DNA from: Mobula hypostoma
Taxonomy: Eukaryota
Assembly (NCBI RefSeq): GCF_963921235.1
Contig: NC_086119.1
Coordinates: 8,122,001 to 8,186,000, forward strand
Length of the DNA: 64,000 nt
Reading direction: 5' to 3'
The notes under the pieces are model-generated. The model searched no databases, had not been told where the DNA came from, and saw only the letters and a list, made by a program, of their open reading frames with translations. The position numbers and the translations under genes are program-made. Shown in pieces: positions 25,415-38,711 of the stretch (the stretch's first letter is position 1; every line of letters begins with the position of its first letter).

Positions 25415-25655
25415 GGGATGGATGTGGGTGCTTTGATGGGGATTTCCTGACAGGTGGAGACTGTGAGCAAATCCTGGCAACTGGAGACTATTAGCAATCA
25501 TCAGCGGGCAAGCACAGACCACATTTCAGCAAAGGGTCAATGCCCTGAAGACAGTCATAAAAGGAAACAGTTTGGATATTTTGAGGACACCATTTATTAG
25601 ATGCCACATTGACAAAATGATGGATGAAGAGCGTTAAAGCAACCAGCTAACTTAC

Positions 25656-25749
25656 CTCAAATTTGCGTCTTAGTGCTTGGGTCATAACTGGCGTCAATCC
25701 CGTCGCAGTATCTTTGTTTTCCTTGTGCAGAGGTGTTCCACCCGGGCTC
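25656..25749 (-). CDS. PRR11: PRR11 exon ([32 protein letters not shown]), contains a KEN box
   Basis: AG/GT flanks, phase 2 to 0; close to human [13 protein letters not shown]...[14 protein letters not shown]. Confidence 0.97.
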
Positions 25750-27960
25750 CTAAAATCAAACACCTTTTAGGGTGAGTGATCATAGCATTCAACTCAAAAT
25801 ACACAAGCATCTATTCTTCATTAGCAAGGTATATAATTTTACACAACAAGATTTCAAGTACTCCACATAGTCCTGAAGAGTAATTTTAATTCTTTGTAAA
25901 ATGATGTACAGTATCTTGTTCAGAAGTTGTGTTTTTCAACTGGAAAAATGTGGGTATCAATTATTTAAATCACATTCAGTCTCTAATTTTCATCTGCTAA
26001 CAAACTGGAGTTGGACTTCAATGATATTTGAGAGGAGCAGCAAGTAGCACAAAAATGTGCTTAAGGATGAAATTAAAGAATGCAAAATCTCCTTCAGACA
26101 TACTGGATACGAAGGTGGCTTGATAGGTAGGTCAACGTCATGGGACTGAGGAACTCTGGGTCCGGCAGCATCTTTGCAAGGAGATGGACTGTCACCGTTT
26201 CGGATTGAGACCATCATGATATTAAATGGCAGGATAGTCTTAAAGAACCTGATGGCCTGCTCCAAATGTTTCTTGTATTCAGCTGGGAACAATGTACAAG
26301 GATCCAAACATGCATAGGGATACTGTGGGCAGCATGGTACGTATTGGTTAGCACAACACCTTATAATGCCGGCTGTAAAAATCGATCGGGATTCAATTCT
26401 TGCTGCTGTCTGTCTGTATGTTCTCCCAGTGACCGCGTTGGTTTCGTCCTGCACTCCAAAGACATTATGGGTCAGGTAGGGTTAGTAAGTTTTGGATATG
26501 CTATGTTGGCACTAGAGGCATGGCAATACTCGCAGGCTGTCTCCAGCACAACCCAGTGTTGGTCACTGACGCAAAACAAAGCATTTCAATGTATGTGAGA
26601 CAAATAGACCTAATGTTGCCCCCCCACCCCACCTCCATCACCTTTGTTAGATTCAAGGCTGAGTGGAAAGAGGGCTACAGATTGTTTGGTGAAAGAATGA
26701 GAAAAAAAATCAAGTTTCTCCTCATAACAGACATATTGAGCACCCCACGCCCCCTCCCAATGCCATTCTTCAGTTATAAAGTACGTGTGGAATTTAAGAA
26801 GATAAGCAGGGCTAGATTTCATTCTGATGTTTACCAGTAGCCTTGCAGGTTGACAAAGTGCATTTCCATGAATGACTGGAAGAATCACAGGTAGTTATGG
26901 AATTGTATTTATAAAGAAGGCACTATTCTTTGAGCGAGATATACTGAAGATAACAAAAGAGAAAGAAATGTTGGAGATGCAAGAACCAACTGACCATTGC
27001 TATCTAGAACTCAAAACAGAATAATGGATCATGGGCTATGTCTATCCTCACCGAACTGTTGCACAATGGCAAGTGGTGAATAATCTCATTATTGACTTCT
27101 GCCCTGCAGATGGTGGAAAGAGCTGGGAAGTTGGGAAAGGAGTTACTTGCCACCAATATATATCCTTTGTCTTACACCTGTAGTCACATCAAAATTCAAA
27201 GTAAAATTCACAGTGTTTTGTAACTTCAAAACATTAAATTGATTTGAAGAAAAACCATGAGAGCTGGGAACGTGATTCTTGAGTTTATTCTTTAAGGAGG
27301 CATGCATATCGCATGCCATACACTACGTTGAGAATTATTTTCATACCGGCACTTACATGAAGATTAATATAATAGGATTTATAAAAAATATTCAGAAATA
27401 GACTGACAAACAACCAATGTGCAAAGAGAGTATGAGTTGTAAAGAGTCTTCGAAAGTGAGTCGATAGACTGTAGAATCAGTTCCGAGTTGAGGTGAGTGA
27501 AGTTATCTACGTGACTTCAGGATGGCTGTAGTGTGGTGTGGGACCCAAGGCTCCTGTACCTCCTGCCTGATGGTAGCAGCTACAAGAGAGCACATGGGGG
27601 TCTTGGAGGATAAATGCTGCTTTCTTGAGGCAGTGTTTCATGTAAATGTGCTCAATGGTGGCAAAGCTTTGCTTGTGATAGACTGAGCCACCTCTGGCTA
27701 AATCCACCACTTTCTGTAGTCTTTTCCATTGTTGGGTATTGGTGTTTCTATACCAGTTAGGATATTTTCCACTGTGCATCTATAGAAATTTGTCAAAGCT
27801 TTGGTGACATGCCAAATCTACACAAACTTCTCACAAAGTAGAGGCAATGTTAATCTCCAGGCCAAATCTCAGCACATTTTTGTCACGTGCACATGATTAA
27901 TATAACTTCATAACATTACCAATGCAACTTAAGGATTAATGTTTAAACACTAGCTATTAC

Positions 27961-28023
27961 CTTTCTATATTTACTTTCTTTAGACGCTGCCGAAGATCCA
28001 AAACAGGTCGATGTGGAGTGATC
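27961..28023 (-). CDS. PRR11: PRR11 exon (ITPHRPVLDLRQRLKKVNIER)
   Basis: AG/GT flanks, 63 nt, phases consistent; human ITPGKSQMDLRKLLRKVDVER. Confidence 0.92.
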
Positions 28024-28629
28024 CTTAAATAAAAATTTTTAAAAAAATCAAGACTTGCACTGCAGTTTGTTTAAATGTGCCTTATTTACTTTAAACATTG
28101 AAACAGTTTAAACAAAGTGAAAGGTTAGGTTAAACTCCTTCATCCTTTAGAAAAGCTTTCAAGACCTATGGTGTTCTATTCAGATCTACTGACATCTTCA
28201 AAACTTGAAGTGATATGCATTTTTGAGAATATTCCTGATTAGCTAATAAAGGGCTAGAAAGAATTGTCTGAGACAAAGTTGCAATTCAACATGTGGTCTT
28301 TTGGATGCAACAAACGCTACTCCATCTGTGATCTCCACTGAATGAAAAAGAAGGAATTAGTACTGGTATCAGGTTTGCCATCCATCTCTTAAGCAACTTT
28401 ACCAAAACAGATTAGATAGTCACTATCACCTTGTTCTTTTTCAGGACCCCAGTGTCAATAAAGTTCCAACATTACAACAATGACCAGACTTTGAATGTTT
28501 GTAAAACATTTAAGTCCTGGGTCCTTGAATGCGTTTACTTTCAACTGTTTCCTGAACTATATCAAGAATATTGACATTTGAAGTTACAGATTATAATTCA
28601 AGTTTAAGATGCTTTTCCTCACCCACTTA

Positions 28630-28888
28630 AGTGGATGTCATTTACTTAAATTTTCAGAAGGCATTTGACGAGGTGCCTCACATGAAGCTGCTTAACAAGG
28701 TAAAATCCCATGGTGTTACAGGAAATATACTGGCATGAACAGAGGAAAGGCTAACGGGTAGGAGGCAGAGAGTGGGAATAAATGGGGCCTTTTCTGATTG
28801 GCTGCCAGTGACTAGTGGTTTCCTTTGGAGTCTGTATTGGGATTGCTACTTTTCACATTGTTTGTCAGTGATTTAGATAGAAGGTTTT
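28630..28888 (+). repeat. 259-bp internal CR1 RT segment nearly identical to 18075-18333
   Basis: Direct comparison; shares the same inactivating lesions. Confidence 0.85.
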
Positions 28889-28968
28889 ATTAAACTGCTA
28901 CATACAATAAAAATTACTCTGCAAAACATTCAGGCACTGAGTGTTGTCTGGAAGGATGTCTGACTTAC

Positions 28969-29075
28969 ATCATTTTTGTTGGTTTCTGTAGTTGATTAGC
29001 ATTTCCCTGAAAATTAAAGCCTTGTAGATCAGAGAGTGTGACCAAAGGAGACCTTTTCTTTCCTGGTGTATCCAT
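28969..29075 (-). CDS. PRR11: PRR11 exon (MDTPGKKRSPLVTLSDLQGFNFQGNANQLQKPTKM)
   Basis: AG/GT flanks, phase 0 to 2; human RNPLVTVSDLQ. Confidence 0.92.
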
Positions 29076-29570
29076 CTGCAAACAAAGTACGTGATTCATA
29101 GCGCTTCAGACAAAAAGAAAAGGCTTAAAATCTTTGCTCAACTTTGTCTCCTGGTGTATTCATGGTTAGTAAAGCTAAATACTCTAAGTGCAAGTATATT
29201 TTTTAAAAATCCTGAGTTCCTGTTAGAAATAAATACAAAAGCAAGATATTTAGGCCAACTCAGTGTCAGCAGGCACATCCCACTTGAGCCTCTTCTGTCA
29301 GTCTTTGCATAAATCTGTCAGCACAACCCTCTAGTTGCTTCACCCGACTCCTCTTAGTCTCTTGAAGCACTTACCATTCAGCAAGATCCACATTCTCACT
29401 GCTCTTTTGGGAAACTTCACTACTGGATTTCCTGGTGACAATCAGGTAAACATTGCTATTTTCAAAACATCATTACCAGAGATAAATCTGAATAGCACTT
29501 GTTCACGTGTGGATTTAAAAATTATTTAAGCTCAAAAGTGTGCTGGTTTGAAACAAGTAGTGCATCTACA

Positions 29571-29651
29571 AAAGGGGTTTCCAACCTGGGGTCCACAGAC
29601 CCCTAGGTTAAAGGCAGGGATCCATGGCATAAGAGAGGTTGGGGACCCCTG
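29571..29651. mobile_element. Small hAT-type MITE; similar copy at 54366-54445
   Basis: aggggtttccaacc...ggttggggacccctg terminal inverted repeats. Confidence 0.6.
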
Positions 29652-29741
29652 AACTACAAGAATAATTATACAGAGTAACGAACCAGTACATTTGGGTGTT
29701 AGATTGACAATTTAAGAAAATCTTATTAGAATTATGCTCAC

Positions 29742-29840
29742 CTTCGTCTTTTCTACATTGTTCTGAGTCTTTCTCAGCTTCACATGAAGCAGATCTTTTA
29801 CTGTAACAAATGGAGGTCCGTCCTTCTTCTTGTTATCCAA
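29742..29840 (-). CDS. PRR11: PRR11 exon 6b (LDNKKKDGPPFVTVKDLLHVKLRKTQNNVEKTK)
   Basis: 99 nt, phase 0/0, cag acceptor, gtgagc donor; best match to human KKDGPMQITVKDLLTVKLKKTQ. Confidence 0.92.
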
Positions 29841-29932
29841 CTGGGGGGGGGGGGGGGAATCACAAGATCAACCCTACAACAAATTATAATGATAAACCAA
29901 CCACTAGCTTGATATGACCAAAACTGACTGAC

Positions 29933-30031
29933 CTTCGTTACTTCAAATCTGTCTGCAGTGCTCTTCAGCTTTACTTGAAGCAAATCTTTCGTAGTTATGG
30001 ATAGTGACTTACGAATCTCCTCATGGATTGT
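29933..30031 (-). CDS. PRR11: PRR11 exon 6a, paralogous copy of 6b (TIHEEIRKSLSITTKDLLQVKLKSTADRFEVTK)
   Basis: 99 nt, phase 0/0, ttcag acceptor, gtcagt donor, open frame, same KDLLxVKL motif. Confidence 0.8.
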
Positions 30032-30474
30032 CTGAATGAATAAAGATTGCAAATGCAGTAACAATATTTAGAAAAGATTCTAATGAGTACACCCCAAAGA
30101 AATACCTCTGAAAACGAAGCTTTGAAAAATTAGACATTTGTTAGTTTGTTAGATGGTTTTGGACAGTATGCAAGCAAAAAATTTATTGAAGTTTATTAAT
30201 AGTCAGGGAGAACAATAGTATCCCGATTGGAATATATCCAACAAGTTGAAGTGAGAGTAAAAAAAATATCAGAATCAGGTTTATTGTCATTGACATACAC
30301 AACACGAAATTTGTTGTTTTGCGGCAGCAGTACCGTGCAATACACAGAAATATTACTTTAATTTACGATAATATGAAAAAGTAATGCAAAAAGAGAGAAA
30401 ATATTGAGGTAGTATTAATGCACCATTGAGAAATCTGATGGCAGAGGGCAAGGAGCTGTTCCTTAAATATAAGC

Positions 30475-30563
30475 AACACACATAAAAGTTGCCGGTGAAC
30501 GCAGCATCTCTAGGAAGAGGTACAGTCGACGTTTCGGGCCGAGACCCTTCGTCAGGACTCAAC
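30475..30563 (-). ncRNA. Short Penelope-derived insertion with a consensus-perfect minimal type I hammerhead ribozyme (30524-30559)
   Basis: Minus strand agtc-CTGACGA-a-ggg-tctcgg-ccc-GAAAC-GTC-gact; TSD tataagc (30468-30474, 30564-30570). Confidence 0.72.
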
Positions 30564-31634
30564 TATAAGCCTCCCTTTAAAAACCACCTATACTAGCGCT
30601 GCAGCTGCAGAAAACAACAAAAACTACAGTTTGTCTCAGCTCCCATTTGGTTTCACAATATTCCAAATGCTGACTCCTCTCTCTTACTTTACTTATTAAT
30701 AAACACTGCTGCACAGAATTGGTACAAAAATACATGGCCAATTTCTCCCATTTTTCTCGTTTCCCTTGTTCACTCACGATTATAATCGAATTTGATCAAA
30801 CTTTGATTGGGAACAGAATACGTTTGAACCTGGGTGAACACTGCCAGGTAATGTTCTTCTAATTACAGCAAGGGATAATTTATAGATAGATTGGAACTCA
30901 TCCCAAACACAGTATTTCATTTGGGGTTCACCTTTTCATTTGTGAAACTGAAGACCGAAAGGGGATCAGACTCACAGGTGGGCACTGGAGTGTCAATTAT
31001 TGAAACTTCACTCACTGTAGGTAGGGATTTTATCTCATCTGCTTCATCATACTACAAGCACAATTTCAGTCAAGATCCTGAAAAACTTGTGCAAGTGCAT
31101 CATGTTCCTAAAATTCAATATTTCACTTGGAGTCAACAAATGATTATGCATTTAGTAAATTTACTAATACTGTGGAATTGTTTCAAAACATTAGGAATAC
31201 GGTCATGCGGTTATGCAAGTAGGCCATTCGGCCCACTGAGTCTATACTGACCATCAAGTCATTTACACTAATCCCATGTTTTAAATACTCTCCTCACATT
31301 ACCATCAACTCTCTCCGAATACTACCACTCACCACACACTAGCAGCAGTTTTCAGTGGCTAATTTACTTATCAACTTGGTTTTTTGGGCTGTGGGAAGAA
31401 ACAGAAGCACTTGGATAGACCCCAGGCAGAAACACTATGCAGACAGCAGCGGAGGTCAGAGTCAAACCCAGGACTCACAGCTGAACTGTGAGACAGCAGC
31501 TCTACTAGTGGAATGACTGTGCCACTGCAAACAAAATACATTCAGATGCTACCCTAATTATAAAAATGCTTTCCTTTCAAAATGTTCACATAGCTTAATT
31601 AACTTTAAAACTGAACAGGTCAGTGCACACTTAC

Positions 31635-31886
31635 CTGCTGAGGATTTTCAGTTCTGCTTTTCCGTTTAATCTGCAGAGGTTTCTCTGCAAGCAGGAAAGC
31701 TGGAGGTAGTGGAGGTGGGGGAGGAGGAGGAGGAGGAAGAAGAGGAAGAGCCTCATCTGATATCTTCAGCAGAGCACGACTGACAATTGGCTGCACTGGC
31801 CATACTGGAATTTTATTAAGTCCTGGTACAGAATCTGCATGCTTTCGGCAGCAACATCCTTCAGCTGCTTTTGCAGTATTAGGGTC
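31635..31886 (-). CDS. PRR11: PRR11 polyproline exon (DPNTAK...LLPPPPPPPPPLPPAFL...ENPQQ)
   Basis: 252 nt, phase 0/0, AG/GT flanks, proline-rich tract typical of PRR11. Confidence 0.93.
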
Positions 31887-34569
31887 CTACAAATTACAAA
31901 ACAGAATTCAGAAACAGCAGACAGCAATTAAAGCAACATTTTGTCCAGCATCTGCAGAATCTCATGTTTAAGACATTTCAAACTAGCAATTAGTGCTCAC
32001 ATTAATACAGAAGTACAAAAGAACATGCTGTGCCATGTGATTCAATAAATTCATCCATTAGAGAGATTAGCTTTGTCACGGATACATCAAAACATACAGT
32101 CAAATGCTCTGTTTGTGTCAATGACTAACACAGCCTGAGTATCATGCTGGGGGCAGCTCATCAATGTCACCATGCTCCTCGCAGATACATAGCATAGCTA
32201 CAACTCTAATGTACAACTCTAATGCAGAGCTAATTACTCTAACGTATGTGTCAGTGGAATGAATATCCAGAGGAAACCCATGGTGCCACTGGAAGAATAT
32301 CCTTACTGACAGTAGTGAGAATTGAATCCCGCTTTTCTGATCACTGGTGTTACGCCAAGTGCTATGCTACTGTAGTGGCTACAATTTACATATTCCTGAA
32401 CTCAAACCATCATGTATGATGGCAAGAGAATGTTGTACACGGAACTACCAATGCCTGCAATAAATTCTTTCCATGTCAATGGATCAAGATCCCAGAATTC
32501 CTTACTGAAGAGCCATGGGAGAGTCGCCATCACAAGAAATGCAGCAGGTCAAGCTACCATTAGCACTTTTCCCTATAAATATTAGGAATAAATGTTTGCT
32601 TTGCTTATGCCACCCACATCCCACACAAATTAACATCGGTTCTCATAAAAGATTTATCTAAAGCTAATACCAAATGAAATTGGTTCAAGTGTATCCATGG
32701 GATGGAATTTGAGCAAATTTAGTCACGGCCAACAACTTTGTCCAATTTGGGATTCATCTCTCCAACACAATTTAATTTTCACTTTCAAATATTCAGATTT
32801 AAAAATCGCTCAAAAAAAAAGTCGCTAGTTGCTGATAGCATCCTTTCGCACTGTTTCCTTGGAGCCCTGACACCCAAAACATCATGCAGTCTTCTTATGG
32901 AGACTTTATCTTACACCTATGAACAAATAAAACAGATGATTTACTAAAGGCCAAGGATTCATGCTGTTATTTATCATGTGTTGCTGAATAAAGATGCAAC
33001 CTCACTGCGCAGTTTCAGCTCACACAAAGCCTGCATTAATTCCACTAGGTGGCGGGTCATTCAAGAAATCACTGGTAAAGAATGAATGAGTCTTGAGATG
33101 CACATCTCCCGGATCACATGTCAGATTCTAACCTTGCACTTTTTCAAATTTTTAATCCAGTAGAATTCTTTCAAATTTCTTTTTTGGCAGGGAATTAATT
33201 CCTTTCATTGCTTTCTCCAGAACAAGATTTATTAAATAATAATTCGAGCAATCTTTAAGTCTATTTATACAAATACAACCCAAGAACAAATATCAGCTGC
33301 TTTTGCATGGAAAATTAAAGTTCCCACCATTGGCTGGCTTTTATTATCTGCTATTAATTAGCAAATTCATACATTTTAAATTCCCAGCAGAGGTCTGAAC
33401 CTAAATTTAGGTCGGTAAAAATTAACTAGGCTTAATTTCTATTTTTCCCTGAAGAAATACACAAATGTTGCTCCCATTCAGAATGAAGCATTAACCTAAG
33501 TTCCCAGAACATTTCTAGAAAACACTTAAAAATGTTCACATTATTGCCCAACCAAGGCAAACTGTGGACTTAATGAACCATGGAATTTTAATCACAGCAA
33601 CTTTTATTTCCTTAAATAAACACTCACTTGGCTATTTTGAGATAAAATTATATTTAATCAAATTGTTGCAAAGACGCAATTTCTCATCTTGAACTGCCCA
33701 CTTCTCTTCTACCTTGATGGACAGAGACCTTGACTTGTTTTCTGCATCTTCACTCTCACTCCACGTACTGGCAGAAGTAGGAAACATTTCCCAGTTTCTC
33801 AATTTCCATCCCACCAACATCTACATACAACAGGTCAATGTCTGGTACTTTCAATGGGATACTAGCACCAGAAATTTCTTGCACTTCCCACTCATTTCAG
33901 AAGGGACCATCCCCTTTGAGACCACGTAATCTAATTTGTCTACGAAGCACTCCCCTTCTCACCACTTTCCCATGCAGCTGTAGAGGCATCACACTCTCCT
34001 TTTACCTCTTCCCTTCCCACCATACAGGACAGCAGATAACCCTTTCAGATGAGGTAGCAATATACACTAATTGCAGTTTTCCCCAATGCAATCCCGGCTC
34101 CAAGAGTTTTTGGCTAAATCACTGATCACAGACGAGGTGACTGCTTTGTGAAAGGCTCATGTTCAATCCAAAAGGCTGATTGCTCATTGCTTTCATTCCC
34201 CACCCATCTCCTAACCTAGCTTGCCTGTGGCTTTCTTGTATTACTCTAAAGAGGCTCAAGAAACAGTACATTTTCTTCCATCCTCCACGTTTAATATCAA
34301 ATTCAACAATTGCAAATGACATTTCCTCTTTTTGTATCAGAACTGGATGGTTCAGTTGCAGGTTACCGCTCTGCAATATTAGCTTAGTTTACCTTTTTTT
34401 TTGGAATTAACATGAGCTTTATTTGTCACATGTACATCGAAGCATACAGTGAAATGTGTCGTCGTGTCAAATCAAATCAGCAAGGATTGTTCTGGGCAAT
34501 CCTAAACTCACCAGGCTTCCAGCACCAACATAGCATGTCCACAATTTACTAACCCTAACCTGTATGTCC

Positions 34570-35290
34570 AGAAGAGCAGAATTAGGCCATTCAGCCTATT
34601 GAGTCTGCTCCATCATTCCCTCATGGCTGACCCCAGATCCCATTCAACCCCAAATACCAACCTTCTCACCATATCCTTAGATTCCTGATTGGTCTGGGCG
34701 TCAATCAACTTCCACTTTGAATATACCACAAACTTGCCCTCCATCCCAGTCTGCGGCAGAGCATTCCACAGATTCACCACTCTTTGGCTAAAAAAAGTTT
34801 CTCCTTACTTCTGTTCTAAAAGGTCATTCCCCCAGATTTGAGGCTGTGCCTCTAGTTTTGGACACCCCCCCACCAGAAGAAATATCCTGTCCACATCCAT
34901 CTTATCTGGTCTTTTCAACATTCGGTAGTTTTCAGTGAGATCCCCCTGCATTCTTCTAAATTCCAGTGAGTACAGGCCCAAAGCTGCAAAATGCTCCTCA
35001 TATGTTAACCTCTTCATTTCTAGAATCATCCTTGTGAACCTACTCTGGACTCACTCCAATGACAACACATCCTTTCTGAGATAAGGGGCCCCAAACTGTT
35101 AAGAATTCTCCAAACGCAGACTGACTACTGTCTTTTAAAGCTTCAGCATTATCTCCTTGTTTTTATATTCTATTCCCCTTGAAATAAATGCCAACATCGC
35201 ATTTTCCTTCTTTACCAAAGACTCAACCTGTGAATTAATCTTCTGGGCATCTTGCACGAGGATTCCCAAGTCCCTCCGCACCTCTGATGT
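34570..35290 (-). mobile_element. CR1 3' fragment inserted within a SINE (34415-34565 and 35295-35445)
   Basis: LGLYSLEFRRMQGDL coding remnant and CR1 3' tail. Confidence 0.8.
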
Positions 35291-35867
35291 TTGACATCAT
35301 TGGAATGTGGGAAGAAAGTGGAGCACCTGAGAAAATCCACGAGGGTACAGGGAGAACGTACAAACCCCTTTACAAGCAGCGACAGGAACTGACCCCCTGA
35401 TCAGTGATCATTGGCAGTGTAATTAGCTGCTTTGCTACCATGTTGTCCACTTATCAATAACATATCGACCAAACGGCTTTGTTAACAACTCATCACCTTG
35501 GTCATCCCTCCTATGGAGCTAGAAGCCTTTTCTTGTCCTATCCATCTCACCCTCCACTGTGCAACTTAAAACTAGTTTCCTCTCCTTCTGATGAAGGATC
35601 TTTGACCAAAAATGTTACAACAGTTTTTCTTTCCATAGATATTGACATTGTTTCATTAAAATCATTCTCTCTTCTTTCACTTTACCAGTAAGGAGCAATT
35701 AGTTTAAGGGGAATACTAATCTTATAGCTCACAATGTTTACATCAAATAATTTAGTACAAATAATTTATTAAAACTATAGAAATTTTAATAGCACTTTCA
35801 AAGTTTTTCTTTCAGAGGAATCCTAATATTAAGCAAATGGATATAATACTAGCAAGAGAATGATAAC

Positions 35868-35999
35868 CTGATGGTGCTCAAAGATTTCTTGCATTCGTGT
35901 TAGTTTGATCTCAAGTGACTCAATTTGTTGCCGAAGTGCATTCAGCTCCCGCAGGTAAACACGTGAAGGATATAGAGTATCTTTGATGAATTCCAATCC
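35868..35999 (-). CDS. PRR11: PRR11 exon (GLEFIKDTLYPSRVYLRELNALRQQIESLEIKLTRMQEIFEHHQ)
   Basis: 132 nt, AG/GT flanks; human [25 protein letters not shown]. Confidence 0.93.
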
Positions 36000-38557
36000 C
36001 TGTGAATGCAAAGGAAATTAATCAAAATATAGATCTGACTGTCATTTCCTAATTCTATCCCTCTGCCTCATCTGCCAAAGGTCACATGCAGATAAGCTTG
36101 GATCAAAAAAGTTCTACTTCAGATAGTACTGACCAGGCTCATTTAAAAGTAATAGTTGGGTAATGAAATTACATGGAAGATAATAAAAGACAAGATTTCA
36201 TATGTTTTGATAGATTTTAGCAGGACTTGTTACAAGGTTCCTCATGGTAGGGCGAGAAAGGAGAAGCCTACAGAAAGTAGGAAATTGGCTTTAAAATTGA
36301 CTTAGTGGCAGGTTCTAGCAACCCCTCAAGTATAAAATTCATAAATTAGAGACTAAAAGTTATGAGACCCGTTTTACCGGGTCATTTTTTTGATTTAACA
36401 AAAGTCATAACAAATGTTTTTCATCCCAAAATTTTTGTGTGGTAGATTTATGTAATTAAAAGTTTTGATGCGACAATTTTTGGATCAATACTTCACATTG
36501 CAGTGACATTATGCCTCTCAAAAGTGGAGAGGAAAAAAAAACACAAACATGCCTCTTTGTGCAGAGGAAAACAAAAATACAAACACATTACAGTTGTGCT
36601 TTTGATATTGTGTAGAATCACAAACAACCTCCATAAAAAAAGGGGGGGGGGCTTTGTGGTAGCAGAAACCTTGCAGCATATATCCACAGATCCTAAGAAG
36701 ATATCAATGTTAGTCACCTTATTTTCCTTTAGTAGCCACAGCATAGAACCCAAGAGCAGGAAGGGTATGTTAGAATAAATAAAACAGCGTGCAACACTAT
36801 TTGGACACCATTTTGAATTCATAAAAAAAGTTCTGGTCACATTATTAGAAAAAGAGGCAACTTCATCAGAGAAGGTGCAGAGTAGATTTACAAAGGTGTT
36901 GCCAGAATTGTGATATTCTAGCTCTGAGGAAGGCTTAGATAAGCTAGAGGTATTTTCTTTTGGAAAACAGGAGAGATAATTGACGTTTTATAAAAGGCCT
37001 GGATTAAGTCAGGGGTCAAACCATTTCCTATGGTAGAATGGAAAAAGATCAGGGTGCACCTGCTTTTGAGCATTTTACAGAAGGATTAGAGGAAAGAGGA
37101 GGAAGTTTTTTCAGCCAGTTGGGCAGCACAGTAGCATAGCACTTAATACAGTCGTTTTATAGCACCAGCAATCACTAATTGGGGTTCAGCTCGTGCCACT
37201 GTTTGCAAGAAGTCTCTACATTCTCCCCATGTGGGTTTCCTCCCACATTCCAAAGGTGGATGGATTAGGGCTAGTTAAGTTGTGAGCATGCTATGTTGGC
37301 ACTGGAAGTATGGCAATACTATTCTCCTGCATTCACCCTGTAACCTTTGATGTCCTTACTAATCAAGAACCTATCAACCTCCACTTTAAATATACCCAAT
37401 GCATTGGCCTCCAGAACCATCTATGGCAATGAGTTCCACAGATTGGCCATGCTCTGGCTCAAGTGATTCCTCTTCATCTCTGTTCCAAGAGCATAGCTTG
37501 TAGAATCACGGGCAGAATATCCTTAGTGTTTATCATTGAGTTCTGTCAAAAATCATTGAGAGTTAAATTATATTATATTAAAAAAGTCATCTGTTAGGGA
37601 ACTGAAGAATCCTCCACTTGTGTAGAGCAAGAGTGTTACTGTTGAGCAGTACAGAGATCATATTAGGTGCTCGTATCTTTCTTGTCATGTTCAGAGAGGT
37701 TTTAACTACATTTTTATGAAAAAAAAAATACAGTGATCCCTAAATGATTTTCTCATCCAGATGGGTTCAGGCAGAATAAATGTAGATGAAGGGTCAGAGA
37801 GGTAGAACCACTATTCTTTAAGAATTGCTTGTCACAACCTGCAGAGATATGAACTTAGTGGCAGAATGTGGGATTGGACTTGGTAGTTCTTTTTTGAATG
37901 ACACAAAATAGCCTCAATGGCCAATGTTGCAAATTTCTGATGCTACTCACTAAGAGCTCAAGAATTCCTGGTGGAAAGTTTCGATTTATGCCAAATGAGA
38001 ACAGGTTTAGGTTGAGATGAAATGACTAGTGGGAACAATGAAGTGCTGGCAGTTAGGTTTGGGTATGGATGTAAATGTTAAGAGGTAGGGTGTGGATGAA
38101 GAATACATGGCATCAGCATAAAGCCTCGGAGGGACTCTTACCCTGGATCATCTTGTTTGGCTACAAGATCAGTTGCTGGAAGATATGGGCAATTTTTAGC
38201 TATTAGTTGCGGGTGAGCAAGATACAAGGCTGATTAGTGTCTGAATCAAGCCAGTCAGTGCACTCAAACCTGTATAAAGAACATTATTGTGATACTGTGG
38301 GTTCAAATGCTTTCACTCCCTCCACAATCAAACAACCAATTGTTGGACTTACATTAGCCATGTCGTAATATACCAGAGCGCACTTAAAATTTCAATTTAT
38401 GTTATTTACCAAAATACAATATATAGCAAAAAAAGTTACAAAATGGAGATTTAATGGACACATTAAATTTGTAGGATTGAAAATGACCATTCAATGAATT
38501 AGCAAAGAGCTGTATTTCTACAGTTTGGATTGGAGTAGATTTGATTTGAACTTATAC

Positions 38558-38711
38558 CTGCCTAATGTTCTTAAGCCACCATGAATACATGGAGTAAACC
38601 ACAGTCTTAAGAGGATTCAAAAAATTCTTCACATTTGCTAAAGGAATGAGCCCAACAGGAACTGATTCATGCAGGAAGGAATTGCTGTTAGATGCGACCA
38701 CGTCCTCCTTC
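38558..38711 (-). CDS. PRR11: PRR11 exon (EKEDVV...VVYSMYSWWLKNIRQ)
   Basis: 154 nt, phase 2 to 0, AG/GT flanks; human VWSIYSWCQNCITQ. Confidence 0.88.
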
